DNA of 44,610 nucleotides, counting the filler, from Jimgerdemannia flammicorona (taxonomy: Eukaryota): assembly GCA_003990765.1 (NCBI GenBank). It is 2 parts of 2 records of this genome, joined end to end, with 100 filler letters (N's around TTAATTAATTAA, not from the genome) between each part and the next. Parts side by side here need not be neighbours in the genome. Positions count along the whole stretch, not along the records: positions 22,362 to 44,610 come from RBNJ01001313.1; 1 more part is not named here. One strand, given 5' to 3'. A program made the translations under genes and the position numbers. Under the pieces are notes generated by a model that searched no databases, was not told the DNA's origin, and worked only from the letters and a program-made list of their open reading frames with translations. Positions 36,503 to 44,610 of the stretch are shown here, one piece after another; position 1 is the first letter of the stretch; each line of letters opens with the position of its first letter.

Positions 36503-39500
36503 ACTTGGTAGCAGTAGTTTATAATCCAATTCTGCTTCAAGATACTTCCTCACTCTGCTATAAATCTCTCTGAGAATTTCTACAAGTTGGTATAAAGCCC
36601 AACCTCTAAACAGGAATTTATTTTGAACCATCTGACAATCTGGAGAGAATTGAACCTGATATACAAAGACAATTTGACCTCCATACCTACAATAAGTGGA
36701 ACAGACTTCATTTATAAAAAAAAGTACTCCAATTAAATCAGCAGATAAGTCAAACTCTATTTACTAAACTCCTTGCTCTACACCCCACAAGTTAAGATGA
36801 AGAAGGTCTTATAGAAGCCTTCTTTACTCTTCTCAATAAGAGTTTTGTCAGCTCTACAAATCTAAGCAATCTAGGATAACTGGCAGTAGCTTTTCTAGTC
36901 TTAGTTCCTTATGAAGCCCAAGCCTCTATAGCTAAGTAGCTCAACTCTACTGACTTTTACCATACTAGGACTAAGACTGCCTTATACTACCACTTTCAAA
37001 ATTATAAGGCCCACCATATTCTTAAAGAAAAAGTAAGAGAAATCTTTTGTCAATAATCTGACTCTGAACCAGAAGTAGGCTCAGCTATAACTCTACCTAA
37101 AACTAAGACCAATACTGAACCAGAACCTGACTTTGAATTAAGCCCATCTGAAATTCAATATATAATTAATTCTGTCTACTTCAACACTAAGCAAACCCAA
37201 CTACACAGAGACCAAACTGAAGAGGAGAAGAAGTATCTTAGTGAATTTGACCCCAGATATACTACTGAAGGAGATATACCTCCATCAGAACAGAACACAC
37301 CTATATAGTGACAAATAGCTACCTATTGAGCCCTTACTCCAGATCTGCAACTATTACTCCAGCAACTTACACAGACTTAAAGAACACCATCACACTCTGC
37401 ACCAGTACCTCAAGTAGTACCAGTAACACCACTACTAGCAGTCCAACTGCCTCCAGTAAACAATATAGCAAATCAACAGATTCTAGACCTCACAGCCCAG
37501 ATAGCAATAATGGCAGCAACTATTACTGCCTTAGTCAAACAGATCTGACCAACAAAAAATCTGAGCCTATCTATCTTTAATAGTACTGCACAAGAAGTTC
37601 AAAGCTTCATTAATATAGTTGATACCAACTTTAAAGCTAACCAATAGACCAATGAGCAAGTTGCTGACCACCTTCTGACAAACAATCAAGACCACACTCT
37701 GGAACAACTCTTTGCTACCACTATAGCCTATGTCTACTGAGTTGTTATATTCTTCCAAGGATCTGCTGAAGAATAGTGGTAAACTCTTTCTCAAAAACTT
37801 CTCACATAGGACATCTGACTTATAGTTATTGCCCAAAATATAGTAAATAATACTCCAGAATATAGAGCCCATCCTATAGTCCCTGAACTCAAATAACTCA
37901 TGATTGCTCAATACTATAGTAAAATAATGATTATGAAATTTTGAGTTAAACTCTATAACCTTAAGTTTGATGTATATGATAAGGAATTTGAAACCTTCTA
38001 TATAAAACTCAAGTTACTCCTGAATACTATTGGCCTAGAATATATTGCCAATGATGAAATATAAAATAATATAAAAGCAGACTATTTATTTGATGTACTA
38101 TCTGAATGGCTTATGAGAAAAATCTGATAACAAGAATACCCAGCTATTTGTGATTACTAATAATGGTATCTGGCAAGAATCAAGACTATGGTCAAGCAAA
38201 TTCTAATAGCTGGACCAATTCTGCCTCAAAGATGATTCAATAATAAGGAAAAGACTTGAACTAAGAAAGAAGAACCCAAGCATAAAGCATCTTGAGCTCC
38301 CTCCATATCTACCTTATAGATACCTAGAAATTCTGAACCTACTCAGCCAAGTATCTTCAGAAACTCACTGAAGAAGAAAGAAATAAACTTTGAAGAAGTA
38401 GAGCATACTTCTATTGCCAAAAGACAGGATATATGGCCAGTGCCTGCTCTAACCAAAACCCTAAACAGCAATATGGGCAACTATTATCACTCTATACCAC
38501 CTCAACAATCTGATCACTAAGACATTGGACTTTGTTAAGTTAAGGCCAACTGCGAAGGCCCCAACCAAAGAAAGTCAAAAGGCAGCTAGATATGATCTAT
38601 ATATAGTCAAAAAAGCTATAGTTTCCAACTGAGAAGTCAAGTAAGTCTATATAGAAATCAGCATTCAAATCTCTGAAAGATATATTGGAAGAATATACTG
38701 TTGCAGTATCCTAGTATTAAAAGGACTCTCAGTAGAAGGAGGAGTCATTGATGAGGATTATATACATAGGTAAAATTATTGTCCTCATCTGAAATTATAG
38801 TTAAACACCCTTCAAAATTCTCACTGGTTTCTGTATCACTCAGATCCTATTTAAAAAAATTAAGTCAACCCTGATAATCAAGGAAGTCTCTAAACTACTA
38901 TCTACTATTTAAGGATCCAGAGGATTTAGCTCATCAAACAAGGCTCTAACTCAACCTATAATAAATAAGGAAGAACAATTCTATAAGAAAATCGAAAATG
39001 GATTTGTATCAAGTGGTCAATATCTCTATAGCATTAGAATGTACTTCTCCTGAATGATTGATGATTACTTCTCTTATATCAATGAACTAGTCCAAAGAAG
39101 AACTAATAGAAGAAAATCTCTTATAACTGAAATCACCACCATTGGATCAGACAAACTACTTACACTCCAAGCTTTTGTTAACTGAGCATCTGTCAAGATT
39201 ATGATAGATAGTAGTACCTCAGACAACTTCATCAATAAAGAAACAGCCAATAGACTCAAGGTTCTGACTTCTCCAGTACAATAGACTCAAGTAGTTTTTA
39301 TAGCTGATGAAATCTCTTATGTCATTAGTAAGGAAGTCTGTAACCTATCCTTCTGAATTGATAACTACTAAGTATATATTAATCTCCAGATCATACCACT
39401 TCCTGACAATGAAATCATCCTTAAGATCCTATAGTTAAAATAAAAGAACCCTATAATTGATTGGATAAACTATTCTTTAACTATTAAGAAAGGATGCCAT

Positions 39501-42500
39501 AATTTAAAATTACAAGATGAAAAAAACCCACTCAGTTCTAGCAATTCTGGACCAAAGATCATCTATATTAATAAGCTATAGCTCAAGAAATTGGCCAAGA
39601 AATATCCTCTCTTTGCCATCTCCATCTGCTCATCCAAAGGAGAACCCAAGAACTCTGAAGAAGACTTTTCCAAAGTTAACAACTGTGTCAGACCCCTACT
39701 CTAGAAATTCTGAGACATATTCCCAAAGAAACTCCCAAAAGGCCTATCACCTAAATGAGCAGTAGACCATATCATCAAGACTATTCTAGATACTAAGCCC
39801 ACCTTCAAGTCAATCTACCATATATCTCTGAGAGAAATTGATGTACTCAAGAAAGAGATTAATGAACTTCTAGAATAAGAATTCATTAGACCCAGTATAT
39901 TACTCTATAGTATATCAGTCCTCTTTGTTATCAAGAAAGAAGAAGACCTATGAATGTGTATAGACTACTGTGACCTCAATGAGCAAACAATCAAGAACTA
40001 CTACCTACTACTTAGAATTAATGAAATATTTGATAGGCTTATCAATTCACAATTAATGAGCTCTTTTGACCTGTGAAATAGTTACTAGCAAATTACTATG
40101 AAAGAAAAAGATATCTATAAGACAGCCTTCCAAATAGACATTTTGAGTTTCTAGTTATGTCCTTTGGTTTACAATCTTTCAGATACTGATGAATATCATC
40201 CTGCACTCATATTTAGACAAATTTGTTGTTATCTACATTGATAACATCCTAGTCTCCAGCAAAACTCTGGAGGAATATCTTGAATATCTTAAACTAGTAC
40301 TACTGAAACTCTGAGAAAACTGACTCTTTGCAAAACTCAGCAAATGTGAATTTCTTCTGAAAGAAATTCAATTCCTTGAACACATTATCATACTGAATAG
40401 AATCAAAGTGGACCTTAGCAAAATCTTTACAATTAAGAATTAGCCCAGACCCAAGAAGTTGAAGACCTCTAGTTATTCCTGAGATTAGTAAACTATTATC
40501 AGTAATTTAGCTAAAATCACTACTGTCCTTATCCAAATAACCAAGCATAGTAAGAAAGAAGAACAGCCTTGGACCACAAAGTAAGAAAACGACTTCAACA
40601 ATCTTGCAAATTGAGAATCTGAATATGATATAGCCTTTCAAATACTGAAGGATGTCTTGATAATTACTCTAGTATTTTAAGTGGTAAACTCTACTCTACC
40701 ATATGAAGTTACTACTGATGCCTCTGACCTAACTCTTGGAGCAGTGCTTATGTAAGAAGGACACACCATGACCTATCATTCTCATAAGTTCAATGATGCC
40801 AAAATCAACTATGCAATCTATAAGAAGAAAATGTTAGCCATTGTAGATACTCTGATCAAATAATAACTATACTTAGAAGGAGCACACTTCACTATATTGA
40901 CTGACTACAAGTTATTAGTCAATATCAAGACCTAGGCTACTCTTTCCCAAAAGCAAGTCAGATGGATGAAAGTCCTCACCAACTTTGACTATAAAATCCA
41001 GTATTGTCCTAATAAGGAAAATATTATTACCAATGCAATCTCCAGACTACTAATCAAAAAAGTTATCCAAACTCTCACCTTAGTTACTAACTCTATTATG
41101 GAACAAATTATTATAGTATATACTGATGATAAAGAAGCTCAAGTACTCTGAGAAATTCTGAACAGTGATGATGCTAATAAGTATATCCAGTATTATAAAT
41201 ATCAACTAAAGAACAATGCTATCTACTATAAAGATAGATTGTATGTTTCAAACAACTGAGACCTCCAAAGGACTATCCTATTTGAATGTCATAATATCTC
41301 TATAGCTAGATATTTAGAATTTGACAAATACTATAAAGTTATTTTCCAAAACTTCTATTGACCCTACATGGCAGATCAGCTAAAGATCTACATTACTTCC
41401 TGTGATATCTACTAACATAACAAGTTCTCAATACTAGCAAAACCTGGTCTACTCTACTCTATTTCAGTACCATCTACTAATTGGGAACCAATCTCTATAG
41501 ACTTCATTGTATAACTACCCTGAACTAAGAATGGGAAAGATACAATTATTATCTTTATAGACTATTTTAGCAAATAAGCCTATTTTATGCCCACTACTAC
41601 TACTACAATAGCACTAGACAATACTCTTATTTGACAATATCTTTCACTATTATGATCTTTCTAAAATTATTATTAGTAATCGAGACCCAAAGTTTACTAG
41701 CCATTTTTGGAAAGTCCTCTATATATATCTTGGAATAAAACTTGCACTATCTATAGCCTTTTACCCCAAAACTTATGACCAAACTGAAAGAATGAACTGA
41801 ACTCTAGAATAAATACTAAGGAACTATATTTCCTATAGACAAGATGATTGGCATAAATATCTTACTGCTATCGAGTTTGCCTATAACAATAGCAAGCAAG
41901 CCTTTCTTAGAATGACTCTATTCTTCACCAATATAGGACAAAATCTGAACACTTCTCTGATACTTATCAGTACTGATAAACTCTCTACTGTTGAAGCCAT
42001 TGAAGAATTCCTACTCTAAATATACAATCTAAGCTAGATTGCAATTAAGAATTTATTCTGATCTCAAGAATAATAGTTATAGTATATCAACCAACACTAC
42101 TAAGAAGAAACTTTTGATATCAGAGAAAAGGTTCTACTAGATATCTGAGGATACTGAGTTGATAATCTCAAGCATAGACTATCTACAAAGCTGAATAGTA
42201 AATTTATTAAACCATTTGAAGTCATTATACAAGTCTCTCTAACTTTCTACAAATTAGCACTACCAGATACTATTAAAATTTATCAGGTCTTTAATGTTCA
42301 ACATCTCAAGCAATATAATGAAAATGATGATGAGCTGTTCTCAAACCAAACTACAAAACCATCTGCACCTATAATTATTAATGATCAAAAAGAATACAAA
42401 GTTGAATAAATCCTCAACAAATGTAGCCACAAGAGCCATCTAAAATACCTTGTCAAATAGAAAGGTTATCCAATCCATGATGTGATATGAGAATCTAAAA

Positions 42501-43004
42501 CTAATCTCTAGAATACTACTGACTTAGTTTAAGAATATAATTTTTTGAATAACTGAAACCTGAGTACTCTAATATCTATCATACTATATATTACTTTTCT
42601 CAAACATTAAGTACTCTTATAATTATCATAAACAAAATTAAGAACTCAGCAAGTCAAGATAAAATACCAACCCTCTAGAAAAATAGCAAAACTGAAAGCC
42701 AGTCTATTCTCTCTATACCACTGGTGAAAAATAAGGTATAGATATTTAAGAAGATTCCTTAGAGGAAATTCTCTAGTAGTGAATAATATCAGAATTACTT
42801 CTGGTGTATGATATCAAACATACAACCCTTTAACATATGAATCCAACACATTAGGCAACTATACTATAAGTATGCCACTTTCTAAGAAAAACAGATATTA
42901 CTAGACTTTTGACTATTTAAATAGTGTAATAACACTAGACTAAATTAGAAGACCTTGACAAGGATATCAAAAGCTAAAAAAGAGAGAGTTGTAAGTATAC
43001 AACT

Positions 43005-44610
43005 CTCCTTATGGACCGGATTAGGCAGAGGATAGTGGGGCTCTCTGTCTTTGGCATAGGATGGAAGGTTGGGGCCTTTGCTGATGACATGGTGGTGGGC
43101 TTGGGTTCGATTGCTGATGTTGAGGAGCTCAAGAGGACTGTGGAGTGGTATGAGGAGCATTCTGGAGCTAAGCTAAATTGGCATAAGTGTGAGACAATGG
43201 TGCTTGGTAACAGTCTGGTGGGAGGAGAGGTTATAGGAACAATTGTCTCCACCAGTGAAGCAGTGTAGTACTTAGGTATCTACTTGTCAGTCTATGGGTC
43301 GGTTCTGCCCAAGCTTTGGTGGGAGCAGAGGATTGGAATCTGGGAGGAGGCTCTGTGGAGTTGGGGGGGAAGACAGTTTTCTCTAGTAGAGCAGATCTCG
43401 ATTTTGAATGTCTACTGGCTGCCAAAGTTGTGGTATCTGGCGTATCATCTGGACTTCCCAGCCTGGGTAGTGAAGAGATTGATGAAGTCAGCAAAGGGAT
43501 GGATTTGGGCTGGCAGGCGGAGTCAGATTAGTTGGGAAACCTTGTCCCTATCAGTGGCAAGAGGTGGTCTTGGGCTGATTGACTTCCCAAAACAATTACA
43601 CTGCTTAAGAGCATGGTGGCTGAAGAGGGTGGTGGAGTTGAGAGGAGGTGGATGGGTTTCTCTGTTACAGAAGATATAGGAGAGGCGGACATCACCAAGG
43701 GGCTCAACCGGTGATCTCCTCTCCTTAGTTGGGCTTCAGAACACTGCCCAACTACGATATAAAGGATTTTGGTGGGGAATTGCAGAAGGAGCGCACTGTA
43801 TTGGTATTCATTGGCAAGAGAATGAAGGTGAGGAGGATTGGGACCCAGCGATGTGGAGATAGGACTGTATACTGCTGGGAGGTGCTCCTTTAGCTAAGTT
43901 CAATATTGGTGATAGAATAGAATGCCAAAGGGGACCAGGCCAGGATCTGTGGCCTAGCGGTTGGCAAGGAGTTGGAATTGGCGAAGAGTGGAACTGGCAT
44001 AGTGTTTGGACCTGGAGTGCTGTGGTGAGAGCATGGCTGCCACCAAAGTACTGGGTGGTCTGGTGGCGCATGCTGCAGAGGAATATTATGCTCAATTTTT
44101 GCTCAGGGCACCTGATTGTAGGGGGTTGCTTCGACTGTGAGGAGTGCCATAATGTAGGGCAGGAGGGGGGTTATGTACAGATGCTGGAACATTGGCTAGG
44201 AGAGTGTGAGGTGTTGGGGGATTTTTGGCAGACAATTGGGGATCGCTTAGGGGTACAGGGTAGGAGTAATGGAGTACAGAGGCAATGGGAGGACCTGAGG
44301 GTTAGATTGATAGGGGGGATAGGGAAGGAGTGGCTCACTTTAGGTTGGGCTTTGGCTATTTGTCTTTGAGGATGAGAGGAGGCAGAGCTTGGAGGACTGG
44401 CTGCTGCGATGGCATAGGCTTATAGAAGATACCTTAACAGGCTGGTAGCTGGATTAGGGGATGCAGGGTGATCGGAGGCACCACTTGGTGGAGAAAATCT
44501 GTGGGTAAAGTGGGGGGAGAGTGGGGGTCATTGGTGAAAGGGTGATTTTCATTCGTGAGGAAGTAGGGAGGGGCCCCCCGGTGGGGATTGGATAGTGGGT
44601 CAGAATGATG
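43005..44610 (+). mobile_element. 5'-truncated L1/Tx1-like LINE (RT C-terminal part + Cys/His zinc-binding domain), decayed
   Basis: VGAFADDMVV, SGAKLNWHKCETM, YLGIYL, ILNVYWLPKLWY, ISWETLSLSVARGGLGLID, CEEC...LEHWLGEC. Several in-frame stops. Confidence 0.9.

Larger units (their letters stand above)
34519..43004 (+). mobile_element. Chromovirus-type Ty3/Gypsy retrotransposon B: LTR - gag(CCHC) - dUTPase - PR - RT - RNaseH - IN - chromodomain - PPT; heavily decayed
   Basis: Zn-knuckle remnant YFYCQKTGYMASAC (~38406). dUTPase AARYDL, VEGGVIDEDY, GSRGFSS (~38535-38935). PR IMIDSSTSDNFI (~39200). RT MCIDY, VIYIDNILV. RNaseH VTTDASD. IN ISIDFI, SNRDPKFTSHFW, IEFAYNNS. Chromodomain EYKVE*ILNK...YLVK*KGY (~42390-42545). 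Confidence 0.9.

Noticed and set aside
28019..42555. In-frame TGA/TAG/TAA in pol genes as stop-codon reassignment or readthrough
   Set aside because: All three stop types occur at Arg/Gln/Trp positions explained by C>T/G>A mutation, there are also frameshifts, and host genes use the standard code.
42600..42975. Extra ORF between chromodomain and PPT of Gypsy B
   Set aside because: Too many stops in all frames to support a reading frame by eye.

Overview
This is eukaryotic, intron-containing, fungal-type genomic DNA. An early-diverging or Mucoromycota-like source is only an impression and is not proven. An artificial 100-bp gap linker (22262-22361) splits the window into two parts. The left part starts with nested, decayed non-LTR retrotransposon fragments (1-1630). 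It then holds a cluster of cullin-RING ligase substrate adaptors: one BTB-(BACK)-SPRY gene, one F-box/WD40 gene, and a tandem array of SPOP-like MATH-BTB genes (3 intact, 1 frameshifted, 1 cut by the gap). Each duplicated unit also carries a dead 3' fragment of the F-box/WD40 gene, and a 5.5-kb TSD-less mosaic insertion interrupts the array. The right part is a nest of transposons. A hAT DNA transposon (transposase pseudogene, subterminal repeats, one terminus visible) is inserted in the protease of a dUTPase-bearing Ty3/Gypsy element and appears to carry a spliced 2OG-Fe(II) dioxygenase-fold (TET/JBP-like) cargo gene. Next come a very decayed LINE and a second dUTPase-bearing chromovirus-type Gypsy element with a putative 2-kb, ORF-containing LTR. 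A further L1/Tx1-like LINE is inserted in its 3' LTR. The retroelements are strongly C>T/G>A mutated, whereas the tandem gene duplicates are not. All calls come from manual reading and translation; no database search was run.
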